Origin: Bacteroidales bacterium
Lineage (GTDB): Bacteria > Bacteroidota > Bacteroidia > Bacteroidales > JAADGE01
Assembly (NCBI GenBank): GCA_021648725.1
Contig: JAKISF010000007.1
Location: 40,170 to 104,169 of the forward strand
DNA length: 64,000 bases
Direction: 5' to 3'
Made by a program: the position numbers and the translations under genes. Shown piece by piece: positions 9,613 through 20,517 of the stretch; within the stretch, counting starts at the first letter, position 1; the number at the start of each line of letters is the position of its first letter. The notes under the pieces are model-generated. The model searched no databases and was not told the origin of the DNA. It worked only from the letters and a program-made list of their open reading frames with translations.

Positions 9613-11229
9613 TTATTGTTCACCTGAAGAGTCAACTTCATTTATTGCAGGACTGTCTTCACTTTCAGGGTCTTCTTCAGAAGTTATTACGTTTTCTGCT
9701 TCCTTTTTCCAAATAAAAATTTCTGTTTTATTTAACGGTCTGTAATCAATGTCCCATTTAAATCCGGGCAATAATGTTTCTTCTTTTGAAAGAGTTAAAG
9801 GCGGGTGTATTTTTCCGGCAGGTTTTTCAAAAAACCAAATTTTGTCAACTTTGTTGTCTTTCATATAAATCTCCATATCAACACATTGCATAAGGTTAAC
9901 TCCTATCAGTTTTTTATCGTCATCTCTTATAAAATATACTGCTTTGCCTTCTTCAACAACATCTATTTGGTAAAGCTCTCTGTCTTCAATATATGCCGAC
10001 ATATTTTTTCCGAAAATTTGGTTAAATCTTATCGAATCTGATTGTGAAATAATAAAAGCATTATTCTGCATATCTATTTCATCAACTTCGCCTCTGTATG
10101 TTTGTATTTCAATATAATCTGCCGAAAGTTGATTTGAATCTGACCACATTACAGGGTTTATATGCATCTCAATAACGGAATCTTTCAAGTTATAAATAAG
10201 GGAATCACATTTAAACTGAAAATCTTCTTTATAAGCCTTAACATGATGAAATGCCTGAATAATTCTGTATATTTTCGGAATTTCATTAAAAATAATTGTA
10301 TCTTTATATGATTGCAAGGTATCTGCGTGCATAAATAATGAATCCGTTTCATTGTTAACTTGAATAAATACGGCACTGTCGGTCATTGAAGAAAAGCCTG
10401 TTTTTTCATTATAGAAACCGATGTTCCCTAATAATAAAACATTTTGCAAGGAATCTTTGAAGCTTACATTTTTAAATGCTTTCCCTATTCCTGAATTTCT
10501 GTTATAATATAAGCTGTCACCTTTTAAAATCTGCTCATCATTTTTTAAATATGCGTTTTTGCTGAATTGAGATATATCTTTTTCGTGATCATACCAACCG
10601 TTTTCGCAATAAATATAGTTCGAATCACTTATTATTTCGGTAGGTCCCATAAAATATGATACTTTTGTAGATGTATTGTGCTTTAAAGTGTCAGAATACA
10701 TTTTGAACCTCGGATTAATAACTTCAACATTTTTTTTAAAGAAAAATTCATTATCATCGGCAAAATAATATCCGAAAACACTTTTTAAGGTATCTTCTCC
10801 GTTTATTGTTGTTCCCGAATTAAAATAATATCCTATATTTAAATCTAAATCATAATCTAAACTGTCGGTTGTTAAAACCATACTGTCTTTTTCCAAAATT
10901 ACGTTATTCCTGACTCTTGCATATTTTTCTTTTCCTGAATAATGAAGAGTATCTCCGTATAAAAAAACAGTATCGTTTTCTTTTGTCAGTTTTATTAATC
11001 TGACATTTCCGAAAGCATCAAAATAATTGTTTGTATAATCGAACAAAGCACTGTCGCAAAACATTATTGAGTTTTCGTGTTTAAAAACAACACTGTCTGT
11101 TAATACTTTAATGTCTGTTCCGAGTTCTTCGGTAGTAAATAAGTATTTAGAGTCAAAATCAATTTTTTTTTGAGAAAAAACCGAAATTGGACCTAAAAAT
11201 AATAATATGAAAAAAATGTATTTTTTCAC
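9613..11229 (-). CDS. OstA/LptA-like beta-jellyroll repeat protein
   Basis: GTG start and signal peptide. Repeated (C/G/A)DSLxY...NV units typical of the OstA_N/LptA family. Acidic C-terminal tail. Confidence 0.6.
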   Translation of the reverse strand: MKKYIFFILLFLGPISVFSQKKIDFDSKYLFTTEELGTDIKVLTDSVVFKHENSIMFCDSALFDYTNNYFDAFGNVRLIKLTKENDTVFLYGDTLHYSGKEKYARVRNNVILEKDSMVLTTDSLDYDLDLNIGYYFNSGTTINGEDTLKSVFGYYFADDNEFFFKKNVEVINPRFKMYSDTLKHNTSTKVSYFMGPTEIISDSNYIYCENGWYDHEKDISQFSKNAYLKNDEQILKGDSLYYNRNSGIGKAFKNVSFKDSLQNVLLLGNIGFYNEKTGFSSMTDSAVFIQVNNETDSLFMHADTLQSYKDTIIFNEIPKIYRIIQAFHHVKAYKEDFQFKCDSLIYNLKDSVIEMHINPVMWSDSNQLSADYIEIQTYRGEVDEIDMQNNAFIISQSDSIRFNQIFGKNMSAYIEDRELYQIDVVEEGKAVYFIRDDDKKLIGVNLMQCVDMEIYMKDNKVDKIWFFEKPAGKIHPPLTLSKEETLLPGFKWDIDYRPLNKTEIFIWKKEAENVITSEEDPESEDSPAINEVDSSGEQ

Positions 11230-11253
11230 TTATTCGATATAAATAAAGGTTTA

Positions 11254-12219
11254 TTACAACAATTGGTCTATAATGGCATCAGCTGTTATACCTTCTGCTT
11301 CTGCTTTATAGTTTCTGATTATTCGATGACGTAAAACCGGATGTGCTACTGCCTTAACATCTTCAATGTCAGGAGAGTATTTTCCCTGCAATGCTGCATG
11401 AGCTTTTGCTCCCACAACGAGATATTGTGATGCTCTGGGACCTGCTCCCCATTCTAAATATTTGTTTGAAATTTCATTTGCTTTTTCCGTTCCCGGGCGT
11501 GTTGCCGTTGCCAAATTAACAGCATAATGCAAAACATTATCATTAATAGGGATTCGTCTTATTAAATGTTGGAAATACAAAATTTCTTCTCCGGTAATTA
11601 TATTTTCTAATTTTATTGAGTTGTCGGTTGTGGTTTTTTGTACAATTGTTATTTCATCTTCAAATTTAGGATAGTCTAACCAAATATTAAACATAAAACG
11701 GTCTAATTGTGCTTCGGGTAAAGGATATGTTCCTTCTTGTTCAATGGGGTTTTGTGTTGCTAAAACGAAAAATGGTTTTCCGAGTTCATATTCTATTCCG
11801 GCAACCGTAACATTTTTTTCTTGCATTGCCTCAAGAAGGGCTGCTTGTGTTTTAGGAGGTGTTCTGTTAATTTCATCTGCTAAAATAATATTTGAAAACA
11901 AAGGTCCTTTTAAAAACTTAAATTTTCTGTGTTCGTCTAAAATTTCAGTTCCTATAATATCAGAAGGCATTAAATCGGGTGTAAATTGTATTCTTTTGTA
12001 TTGTAGTCCCAAAACTTCTGCTAAAGTATTAACCAACAAAGTTTTTGCCAAACCGGGAACACCGACTAACAGACAATGCCCGTTACTGAAAATTGATATT
12101 AAAACTTCTTTAATAATATCATCTTGTCCGTAAATAACTTTATTAATTTCTGAAAAGAAATTATCGTATGTTTTTTTTAAAGCATTTACTGCTTCAACAT
12201 CATCTTTATAATTTATCAT
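11254..12219 (-). CDS. MoxR-family AAA+ ATPase
   Basis: Walker A GVPGLAKT, Walker B ILADEINR, AAA_3 architecture, 321 aa. Confidence 0.9.
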   Translation of the reverse strand: MINYKDDVEAVNALKKTYDNFFSEINKVIYGQDDIIKEVLISIFSNGHCLLVGVPGLAKTLLVNTLAEVLGLQYKRIQFTPDLMPSDIIGTEILDEHRKFKFLKGPLFSNIILADEINRTPPKTQAALLEAMQEKNVTVAGIEYELGKPFFVLATQNPIEQEGTYPLPEAQLDRFMFNIWLDYPKFEDEITIVQKTTTDNSIKLENIITGEEILYFQHLIRRIPINDNVLHYAVNLATATRPGTEKANEISNKYLEWGAGPRASQYLVVGAKAHAALQGKYSPDIEDVKAVAHPVLRHRIIRNYKAEAEGITADAIIDQLL

Positions 12220-12319
12220 TTTTGTTTTTTACAAAATTTGTCGTAAAAATATTAAATATTACCTTAGATAACGAAGTTAAGGGGAATAAATTATAAACAA
12301 CCTGACAGTTTTGCCAAAA

Positions 12320-12350
12320 ATACCCGAAACAAAAAAAATGTTTCGGGTAT
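12320..12350 (-). terminator. Rho-independent terminator after the SurA-like gene
   Basis: 11-bp stem ATACCCGAAAC/GTTTCGGGTAT, with a T-run on the minus strand. Confidence 0.75.
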
Positions 12351-12374
12351 CATAGTTTTTACACTTGTTATTTA

Positions 12375-13721
12375 TTATTCCGAAAACCAACCTTTATATT
12401 TATAGTTGCAATCACGGTATTCTTCGTCAATTTTAAAGTAAGTTGTTTTTTGAACTTTTTGTATCCAATCACTTATTATTTCTTCTTTCTTTTTTTCTTT
12501 TGCCATATCACTTATTAACTGATAGTCTGTATTTATATCTGCAATATGAGGTTCTGTTTTGCTGAGCAGTTTAATAATTTTCATTTCGGGTTTTCCTTTC
12601 ATGCTCCTGCTTTCAAAAGGCTCAGAAACTTCACTGATCTTCATTTGTTTTAATACATAGTTTGTTGCAGGGTCTAATTGGCTGCTTTTAAAACCTGAGG
12701 TTCCGGTATAAGGATTAATGACAATTCCTCCGCTTTTATTGGTTTCATCATCTGTTGAATACCTTAATGCTGCCTCTTCAAATGTCATACTTCCTTCTCT
12801 TACAATTTTTGCAATACTGTCAAGTGTGTGTTTTGCTTTCATCTTTTCGGAGCTCAAAGGCTTAGGTATTTTAAGTATGTGCCTGATATGAATTTTTTCT
12901 CCTTTTCTTTCAATAAATTGAATTACATGATACCCGAATTCTGATTTTACAATATCCGACATTTCGCCGGGTTCGTCCAGCTCGAATGCTGCTGCTGCGA
13001 ATTCAGGGACTAAGTCTCCTCTTCTTACCCAACCGAGGTCCCCGTCATTTTCCGCAGATGCTGCATCATCAGAATATAAACTTGCCAAAAACTCAAATTC
13101 TTCACCTTTGCTCACTCTGTCAATATATTCTTGAAGTGATTGTTTAATTTTCTCAATTTGCCTGTCTTGAATTTTAGGGTGTATAACAATTTGAGCAATT
13201 TCAATTTCAGATTCAACAAGTTGTAAGCTGTCTTTCGGGATATTGCTGAAATATGCTTTTACTTCTTTCGGGCTGACCCGAATATCGCGTGTTATATCGG
13301 ATTCCATTTGCTGTGAAATCAGCTGGTCCTCAATTACACTTCTGAAATGCTCTTTAATTCGGCTGAAAGGTTTATTAAAATATTTTTCCATTGCATCCCT
13401 TCCGCCCATTTGTTCTTCAAACATTGCTACTCTTCTGTCTAATTCGCCTTCAACTTGTTGGTCGGAAACCTCGATACTGTCAACTTTTGCTTGATTAATC
13501 AACAAAGATTGGTAGAGCAACTCTTCAAATACGAAACATTTTAAATTCCCGCCGTGAGTTTCGCCTCTTGATTTGTATTGAAGCATAAGTGTCTCAACAT
13601 CAGACCTTAGTATTGTTTTTTCTCCGATAATTGCAACAATTTCATCTATTGATTTTTCTTGTGAAAAAAGCGAAGTACTTATGAGCATAAAAGCGATAAT
13701 GTATTTTAGTTTTTTAACCAT
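12375..13721 (-). CDS. SurA-like periplasmic chaperone / parvulin PPIase
   Basis: Signal peptide. SurA_N-like region plus a rotamase domain (GDLGWVRRGDLVPEF, FGYHVIQF). Confidence 0.8.
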   Translation of the reverse strand: MVKKLKYIIAFMLISTSLFSQEKSIDEIVAIIGEKTILRSDVETLMLQYKSRGETHGGNLKCFVFEELLYQSLLINQAKVDSIEVSDQQVEGELDRRVAMFEEQMGGRDAMEKYFNKPFSRIKEHFRSVIEDQLISQQMESDITRDIRVSPKEVKAYFSNIPKDSLQLVESEIEIAQIVIHPKIQDRQIEKIKQSLQEYIDRVSKGEEFEFLASLYSDDAASAENDGDLGWVRRGDLVPEFAAAAFELDEPGEMSDIVKSEFGYHVIQFIERKGEKIHIRHILKIPKPLSSEKMKAKHTLDSIAKIVREGSMTFEEAALRYSTDDETNKSGGIVINPYTGTSGFKSSQLDPATNYVLKQMKISEVSEPFESRSMKGKPEMKIIKLLSKTEPHIADINTDYQLISDMAKEKKKEEIISDWIQKVQKTTYFKIDEEYRDCNYKYKGWFSE

Positions 13722-13775
13722 CTTCAGTTTGGGTGTTATTATTACAGAAGCTTTTCTTTAAATTTAAAGTCTGTT

Positions 13776-14615
13776 CTATTCAATAAAAATTTTAATATTT
13801 CCGTTTTTGGTATCGGTTTGATAAATCTGTTTTTCTAATTGGTTAATAATGTTTGTTTTTCTTTTGTTCAGCAATATTGTTTTAATTCTTTCGGTTGTAA
13901 GTTCAATCGGCATTAAGTCACCTTTTAATTTATATTCTTTAAAAATTACATAATACAAAAAAGCATTATCTCTTGTTTGCAGTTTTTTACTTATACTGAG
14001 AAAATCAGCTATATTGTTAATATCGTTCGGCAATAAATTTAATACAGATGACACCTCAACCCATTTATTGTCAAAATTATCAAACTTAGTTGCATTTTCT
14101 TTTGCAATTGCTGTCATCTCATCTTCATTGTTTTCGTAGTATGCTCGTTTAAATATTGTTAGGTTTTCATTTGTAATTTTAAATTTAAAAAATAATGCTT
14201 TGACTACCTCTTCGTTTAAGCTGAAACTTTCAGGATAATCGTTGTAATATTTCTCAATTTCGGCATAAGTTATTGTTGTGTCCAGTTCTTGTTTTATATA
14301 GTCTTGTTTATATTTCTCAATTAAAAGTGATGCTCGGTAATCTTCCACAATATCATCAATGTTTTTTTGCTCTTCGGTTAAGTTTAATTCAGCTCTTCTT
14401 AATATTGTTTGTTTTCTTACCCAAAGATCTATTTTGTTTCTGATTATTAAAATGCTGTCTTCCTTGCTTACGTAATTCGGAATTAAGCCTTCAGTATCCT
14501 CCAAGTATAAATATTTATCATATACTCTTGCTAATTCTGTTTTTTCTGTTTCATTTTTACATGAAAAAAAGAGAAGGAGCAAACCGAATAATAAAACAAT
14601 AGAACGAACAGCCAT
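13776..14615 (-). CDS. Hypothetical lipoprotein of the PPIase cluster
   Basis: Signal LLLFFSC. Helical, Lys/Glu-rich protein sandwiched between two PPIase genes. No catalytic motif seen. Confidence 0.5.
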   Translation of the reverse strand: MAVRSIVLLFGLLLLFFSCKNETEKTELARVYDKYLYLEDTEGLIPNYVSKEDSILIIRNKIDLWVRKQTILRRAELNLTEEQKNIDDIVEDYRASLLIEKYKQDYIKQELDTTITYAEIEKYYNDYPESFSLNEEVVKALFFKFKITNENLTIFKRAYYENNEDEMTAIAKENATKFDNFDNKWVEVSSVLNLLPNDINNIADFLSISKKLQTRDNAFLYYVIFKEYKLKGDLMPIELTTERIKTILLNKRKTNIINQLEKQIYQTDTKNGNIKIFIE

Positions 14616-14724
14616 AATAATAGTTACAATTCAAAAAATAAAATCATCTGAATCAATTTCCGCAGTTAAATGCGTGTTTTTGATTTTTTACTATGATTTT
14701 TAGAGAGCCAATATGGTAAAACGG

Positions 14725-16686
14725 TTATTTTAATGTCTTTTTTATATTGTTTAATACTTTTTCATTTACGGTTATTTTATATTTTTTTTGCAAATCTTTA
14801 ATCCATTTTTCCTCTAAATATGTTTGGTAATCTGAAATTACAACACCTTTTATTTGTTGAAACGATTTTGATTTTGATTTTTTTGTATTATTGATGTAAA
14901 TAAACGTATTTTCTTTTGCCAAATTAACAATTCTTTGATTCTCAATCAGTTTTCCGTTCTTTTTCATTTTTATAATTTTATCGGCATATATATTTTCTCC
15001 TTTTGAAAACACACCGCTTTCCGTTATCTCCAATTTGTCTCCTATTGTTTCAATTAATTTTTCGTCATTATATTTTTTTCGAGACTTGTTCAGCAACATT
15101 TCTGCTTCTTTATATGTTTTAGTATCTTCATATTTAAACACACTTATATCAACATCAATTTGATTATCATATTTACCTTTATTATTATCATAAAATTTTT
15201 TCAGTCCTGTTGAATCATTTGATGCTTTATCCCAAATTTCATTTTTCATGAGATCAAATAATAACATTCCGTCATGATATTCTTGCATTAAAAATTTAAA
15301 ATCTGAATATTTATCTTCTAATTTACTTTTTTCAACTTCGGTTAAACTCTCATAAATAAAATCTTGATACATTTGGTCAACATAGGATTTAGTTTCAGCT
15401 TTTACGGTTCTTTTTTGTTTTGTTTCAATAAATTTACCGAAATCACTTTCTTTAAAGTAAGAGTTTCCGATTGTAAACAGTGTTTTGTTTGATAATATAT
15501 TGTCAGGCATTTTCCATTTTCCTTCAAATACTGTGCTGTCAACGAGTTTATAAATTTCGTCGGGATTATTCAGTTTTTTGAAGTTATATTCACTTTTTAG
15601 TTCAGAAATAACAAATGCTTTAACTATTTCTTTTCTTTCTGCATCTTTCTCAATAGATTTTTTAATGTCTTCTTTTTGTTTTTCAAAAGAATCAGGGGGT
15701 CTTTTGTCGATTAACTTAATAATATGCCAACCGAAAGCTGTCTTAATCGGCTTACCAATATCTCCAGGGTTTTTTAGTGCAAATGCTGCTTTCTCAAATT
15801 CGGGAACCATTTTTCCTGTATTAAATTCGGGGAGTTCTCCGCCTTTTTTCGCAGTTCCTCTGTCATCAGAAAACTTAACTAAATCTTCAAACTTATCTCC
15901 TGAAAGAATTCGATTGTAAATACTGTCAATTTTTTCTTTTTTTGCTGCTTTTTCATCATCTTTCATTTGGTCAGTAGAACTAATCATAATGTGTGCAACC
16001 TTATAAAAACCTTGAGCCGGTCTTTTATCAACAACTTTAACAAGATAATATCCGTAAGCAGTTCTCAAAGGTAAAGAAACCTTGTCTTTTTTTGCTTTGA
16101 ACACATAGTTTTGAATGCTGTAAGGTATTCTTAAAGCCGGCAAGTATGATAAATGCCCTTTGTTTTTTGCGACAGCTCTGTCGTCCGAAGTTTCGGTTGC
16201 AACTTTTTCAAATTTTTCTCCGCCCAATATTCTGTCTCTTATTTTTACAGCTTTTTGATAGGCTAAAGTCGTATCTTCCGGTGAGGCATTTTTTGAAAGT
16301 TTAATAAAAATGATATCAAGTTTTATTTCTTCTTTATTTCTTTCGTACGCCTCTTTAACTAACTGTTCTATTTTAATATTTTCAGTTAAGTACGGTTTTG
16401 CAAGTTGATTTCTGTATCCGTTTAATTCATTTATAAATGCAGCCGAAGTATCCATTTTTAAATTTTCGGCTTCAATAACTTTAAGTTTGAACTTTTTAAA
16501 TAACTCAAGGTATTCATCAAGAGATTGTTTTGTTAAATTGTCTGAGTTATTTTTTTTGTAGATGTATGAAAATTCCTCTTCCGTTATTTTTTTATCACCT
16601 ACAGTCATTAAAATATTACTGTTTTGTGCAAATAACGCCACTGAAAAAAAGGCAAAAACAAAAATAAATGTAATTTTTTTCATCAT
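14725..16686 (-). CDS. PpiD/SurA-like peptidyl-prolyl isomerase (two parvulin-like segments)
   Basis: Signal peptide. Rotamase-type segments (GGELPEFNTGKMVPEFE, FGWHIIKL). Confidence 0.75.
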   Translation of the reverse strand: MMKKITFIFVFAFFSVALFAQNSNILMTVGDKKITEEEFSYIYKKNNSDNLTKQSLDEYLELFKKFKLKVIEAENLKMDTSAAFINELNGYRNQLAKPYLTENIKIEQLVKEAYERNKEEIKLDIIFIKLSKNASPEDTTLAYQKAVKIRDRILGGEKFEKVATETSDDRAVAKNKGHLSYLPALRIPYSIQNYVFKAKKDKVSLPLRTAYGYYLVKVVDKRPAQGFYKVAHIMISSTDQMKDDEKAAKKEKIDSIYNRILSGDKFEDLVKFSDDRGTAKKGGELPEFNTGKMVPEFEKAAFALKNPGDIGKPIKTAFGWHIIKLIDKRPPDSFEKQKEDIKKSIEKDAERKEIVKAFVISELKSEYNFKKLNNPDEIYKLVDSTVFEGKWKMPDNILSNKTLFTIGNSYFKESDFGKFIETKQKRTVKAETKSYVDQMYQDFIYESLTEVEKSKLEDKYSDFKFLMQEYHDGMLLFDLMKNEIWDKASNDSTGLKKFYDNNKGKYDNQIDVDISVFKYEDTKTYKEAEMLLNKSRKKYNDEKLIETIGDKLEITESGVFSKGENIYADKIIKMKKNGKLIENQRIVNLAKENTFIYINNTKKSKSKSFQQIKGVVISDYQTYLEEKWIKDLQKKYKITVNEKVLNNIKKTLK

Positions 16687-16730
16687 TATAAATTTTACTT
16701 ATGATTAAAATTATATGTTTTATTATTAAT

Positions 16731-18203
16731 TTATCTTCTGCTGTAATTAGGAGCTTCTCTTGTTATTGAAACATCATGCGGATGATTTTCCGAAACACCT
16801 GAATTTGTAATTTTTACAAACTGTGCTTTGTGCAAATCCTTAATGTTTGCTGCTCCGCAATATCCCATTCCTGCTCTTATTCCTCCTACTAATTGGTATA
16901 ATACTTCATTTATTGTTCCTTTATACGGCACTCGACCGGATATTCCTTCGGGGACTAATTTTTTTACATCATCCTCAACATCTTGAAAATATCTGTCTTT
17001 TGAGCCATCCTGCATAGCTTCAACCGAACCCATTCCGCGATAAGACTTAAACTTTCGACCTTGGTAAATTATTGTATCCCCAGGGGACTCATCTACTCCT
17101 GCAATTAAAGATCCTATCATAACAGATGAGCCTCCGGCTGCTAATGCTTTTACTATATCACCGGAATATCTTATACCTCCGTCGGCAATAACCGGAACAT
17201 CAGTAGCTTTTATTGCATCTGCAACTTCGTAAATTGCAGAAAGTTGCGGAACTCCTACCCCTGCAATTATTCTTGTTGTGCAAATAGACCCGGGACCGAT
17301 TCCGACTTTTACACCGTCGGCACCCGCAGCAACTAAATCAACAGCAGCATCTGCGGTTGCAATGTTCCCTACAATAAAATCAACATTCTTAAATTGCTTT
17401 TTTGCTTTTTTTAATGTTTCAATAACTCCTTTTGAATGCCCGTGAGCTGTATCTATAACAATTGCATCAACACCTTCATTGTAAAGAGCTTTTATTCTTT
17501 CAAAAACATCAGCAGTAACCCCTACTCCGGCAGCAACCCGAAGCCTTCCTTTTTCATCTTTACAAGAGTTGGGTCTGTCTTCGGCTTTTGTAATATCTTT
17601 ATATGTAATTAATCCTACAAGTTTGTATTTTTCGTCAACAACAAGAAGTTTTTCAATTTTATGCTGTTGCAATATTTCTGCTGCTTGTTCAAGGTCGGTT
17701 GATTGATCTGTTGTAACAAGATTTTTGTGTGTCATTACTTCACTAATCTTTTTCTTAAATCTTTTTTCGAAGCGTAAATCTCTGTTTGTTACAATTCCTA
17801 TAAGTTTTTTTGATTCATCAACAACCGGAATACCTCCTATTTTATATTTTTTCATTAATGCCAAAGCATTTTCAACCGTTTTGTCTTTTGTTATTGTAAT
17901 CGGGTCGATAATCATTCCGTTTTCGGCACGTTTCACCTGTTTTACTTGTTGTGCTTGTCGTTCAATACTCATATTTTTATGAATAACACCTATTCCTCCT
18001 TCTCTTGCTATTGCAATTGCAAGTTCTGCTTCTGTAACGGTATCCATTGCTGCCGAAACAATCGGAGTATTAAGTGTAATATTGCGACTGAATTTTGTTT
18101 TAATGTCAGCATCACGCGGCAAAACCTTTGAGTATGCAGGTAAAAGCAAAACATCATCAAATGTAAGTGCCTCCGAAACTATTTTATTTGATGCAAATGA
18201 CAT
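16731..18203 (-). CDS. guaB: IMP dehydrogenase
   Basis: 490 aa with a CBS pair insert and the catalytic loop [11 protein letters not shown]. Confidence 0.97.
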   Translation of the reverse strand: MSFASNKIVSEALTFDDVLLLPAYSKVLPRDADIKTKFSRNITLNTPIVSAAMDTVTEAELAIAIAREGGIGVIHKNMSIERQAQQVKQVKRAENGMIIDPITITKDKTVENALALMKKYKIGGIPVVDESKKLIGIVTNRDLRFEKRFKKKISEVMTHKNLVTTDQSTDLEQAAEILQQHKIEKLLVVDEKYKLVGLITYKDITKAEDRPNSCKDEKGRLRVAAGVGVTADVFERIKALYNEGVDAIVIDTAHGHSKGVIETLKKAKKQFKNVDFIVGNIATADAAVDLVAAGADGVKVGIGPGSICTTRIIAGVGVPQLSAIYEVADAIKATDVPVIADGGIRYSGDIVKALAAGGSSVMIGSLIAGVDESPGDTIIYQGRKFKSYRGMGSVEAMQDGSKDRYFQDVEDDVKKLVPEGISGRVPYKGTINEVLYQLVGGIRAGMGYCGAANIKDLHKAQFVKITNSGVSENHPHDVSITREAPNYSRR

Positions 18204-18237
18204 ATTAAATATATTTTTATTAAAGATATTTAATCCG

Positions 18238-18245
18238 CAAAAATA
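18238..18245 (-). promoter_or_regulatory. Bacteroidota-type -7 box (TATTTTTG) for guaB
   Basis: Matches TAnnTTTG, 35 nt upstream of the ATG. Confidence 0.45.
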
Positions 18246-18362
18246 GAAATATTTAGCTTATATTAAATTATCATTCGATAAAACGTTGATTTTTGTGTAA
18301 TATTTTTTTGCCCGACAATTAACTGTTAAAACTGCCGGAGTGAGAATGCTGTATTTTTCGTT

Positions 18363-19322
18363 TTATTTTACAATTGAATAGGTAATAAACGACATATAAA
18401 TAATTAAAAAGATTAAGCCTTCTGACTTTGATATTATTTTCCTGCCGAGTGTAATTGTTGTAATAAACAACAAAACACTTGCAAGAACAGCTATTGAAAT
18501 ATCAAAATTAATTGACGCATTAAAAGGCAAGGGCTTAATAGATGCCGTTGTGCCGAGAATAAAGAACACATTAAATATATTTGAACCTATTACATTACCG
18601 ATAATAATATCCGTTTTTTTCTTTTTTGCGGCAACAATTGCTGTTGCTAATTCAGGCAAGGATGTTCCTATTGCAATTATAGTTAAACCTATTACCTTTT
18701 CAGACATTCCGATTAACTTTGCAATATTCACAGCACCTTCAATTAAATATTTTCCGCCGAAATAAAGCCCTGCTAAACCTGCAATAATAAGCATTACGGC
18801 TTTCCGGGGAGGCATTACCTTTATTTTTTCTGCTGTATTGTTCTCAGATTTTGAATTTCTTGCAATTCCGAAAGTGTAAATAAAAAAGAAAATTAAAAAG
18901 CTAAGCAGTATTATTCCGTCAGTTCTTGAAATGAAATTTTCTTTACTACTGCCAATAAATACATCATTTGCTAATACCCCCAAGATTAATATTGCCAATA
19001 AACTGAAAGGAATTTCTTTCCATTTTGTATTCTTACTTACCGTAATAGGGTAAATTATTGCCGAAACTCCGAGTATCAGGAAAATATTGCTGATGTTACT
19101 TCCCAGCACATTACCTATTGCAATATCTGTTGAACCGCTTAGTGCCGAAAAAATATTTACGGTCAGCTCCGGAGCAGAAGTTCCTATTGCAACTACTGTT
19201 AATCCAATGACCAAATCACTTATTCCGAATTTTTTAGCTAAAACAGAAGCTCCGTTAACAAGCCAATTTGCACTAAAGATTATTAAAATAATTCCTCCTG
19301 CTAAAAATATAAAATCAAGCAT
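18363..19322 (-). CDS. Ca2+/Na+ antiporter (CaCA, YrbG-type)
   Basis: Two alpha-repeats (GTSAPEL...GSNISN and GTSLPEL...GSNIFN). About 10 TM helices. Confidence 0.85.
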   Translation of the reverse strand: MLDFIFLAGGIILIIFSANWLVNGASVLAKKFGISDLVIGLTVVAIGTSAPELTVNIFSALSGSTDIAIGNVLGSNISNIFLILGVSAIIYPITVSKNTKWKEIPFSLLAILILGVLANDVFIGSSKENFISRTDGIILLSFLIFFFIYTFGIARNSKSENNTAEKIKVMPPRKAVMLIIAGLAGLYFGGKYLIEGAVNIAKLIGMSEKVIGLTIIAIGTSLPELATAIVAAKKKKTDIIIGNVIGSNIFNVFFILGTTASIKPLPFNASINFDISIAVLASVLLFITTITLGRKIISKSEGLIFLIIYMSFITYSIVK

Positions 19323-19365
19323 ATTTTTTTGTTTATTAGTTTGATTCTTTTTCTCTTGTCCTAAT

Positions 19366-20436
19366 CTACAGGGTTATTTCAGCAATTATGGGATAATGGT
19401 CTGAATAACCTTTATTGATTCTGAGATATTTGAAAGTTGAAAGTTCGGGACTGTGCATTATATAATCTATTCTGAATACAGGTATATTTCCGGCATAAGT
19501 ATTTCCGATTCCGAAACCTGCTTCAATAAATGAGTCTTTAAAGTTTCCTTTTATTCTTCTGTAAGTATATGAAACAGGCGTATCGTTAAAATCTCCGCAA
19601 ACTATTGTTTTGTACGGTGACTTTTTTATGTGAGGGGAAATTGCATCAACTTCACGTGCCCTGATTTTATATGCCAGTACCATCTTTGAGCCGATTCCTT
19701 TTACTCCTTTAATGTTTTCATCTTTATTTTCTAATTTTAAATTCTTGATAAATTCATAGTCATCTCCGTCTAAATGAATGGATGCCAAATGAATGCCGTA
19801 AACTCTTATTGTATCTTTATTTTTTAAGATATCGGCATAGATGCATTTTTGTTTTGTTGAGCCCATTTCAACAAACCCATGATTTACAACAGGATAGCGG
19901 CTGAATATTGCATTGCCGGAATATGAACTTCCCTTTTTAGACGAAATTATATAATCTTTAGTTTTTTGTGCTCTTATTATTTTATCTTGCCAATTATTTT
20001 TTTTGTTTGAGTAAAATTCTTGCAAACAAATAATATCAGGGTTTTCTTGTTTAATAATTTCAAATATATTATTCCCTGCATTTTTATCATTTGCCCATTT
20101 ATATAAATCGAACATACGAACATTATACGACATTATTTTTAATGTGTTTTCAGAGGGCGGTTCTTTTTCTTTATTGTTAAAAGCATAAAAATCTAGAATA
20201 TGGTTAAATCCGAGCAATAGAGCTATTAATGAAATAAAGAAATGTGCTTTTTTCTTGTATATTCTAAAAATTAAAAACAGGCAGTTTATTAAAACTAAAA
20301 ACGGGAAAAATAAACCGAATAATGCAAGATAAGGAATCTTATCAGGGCCTATATGTACTGACAGGTATGAGAACACAAGTAAACCTGCAAAGAAATAGTT
20401 TAAGATTATTCCTGTTTTATAGAGTATCTTTTTCAA
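19366..20436 (-). CDS. Membrane-anchored endonuclease/exonuclease/phosphatase (EEP) family protein
   Basis: N-terminal TM helices. EEP motifs (MSYNVR, CLQE, GDFND, SDHYPI). TTG start. Confidence 0.75.
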   Translation of the reverse strand: MKKILYKTGIILNYFFAGLLVFSYLSVHIGPDKIPYLALFGLFFPFLVLINCLFLIFRIYKKKAHFFISLIALLLGFNHILDFYAFNNKEKEPPSENTLKIMSYNVRMFDLYKWANDKNAGNNIFEIIKQENPDIICLQEFYSNKKNNWQDKIIRAQKTKDYIISSKKGSSYSGNAIFSRYPVVNHGFVEMGSTKQKCIYADILKNKDTIRVYGIHLASIHLDGDDYEFIKNLKLENKDENIKGVKGIGSKMVLAYKIRAREVDAISPHIKKSPYKTIVCGDFNDTPVSYTYRRIKGNFKDSFIEAGFGIGNTYAGNIPVFRIDYIMHSPELSTFKYLRINKGYSDHYPIIAEITL

Positions 20437-20517
20437 AGCAATCTTTTTTTACCGAAAATAACAAAAGTGATAATTCTTAATACAATTGTAAAATAAAGAA
20501 TGTGAAATTGCAAATTT

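Noticed and set aside
11744-12133. 129-aa ORF antisense to moxR
   Set aside because: It lies entirely within a well-supported AAA+ gene, and its composition is typical of a reverse-frame artefact.
15578-15919. 113-aa ORF antisense to the PpiD-like gene
   Set aside because: It is a Ser/Phe/Leu-rich reverse-frame artefact of a Lys/Glu-rich gene.
18204-18362. Possible riboswitches upstream of guaB, folE, folK and nadB
   Set aside because: These leaders are short (roughly 20-160 nt). I could not fold any of them into purine, THF or NAD-type conserved cores by eye. An Rfam scan would be needed to be sure.
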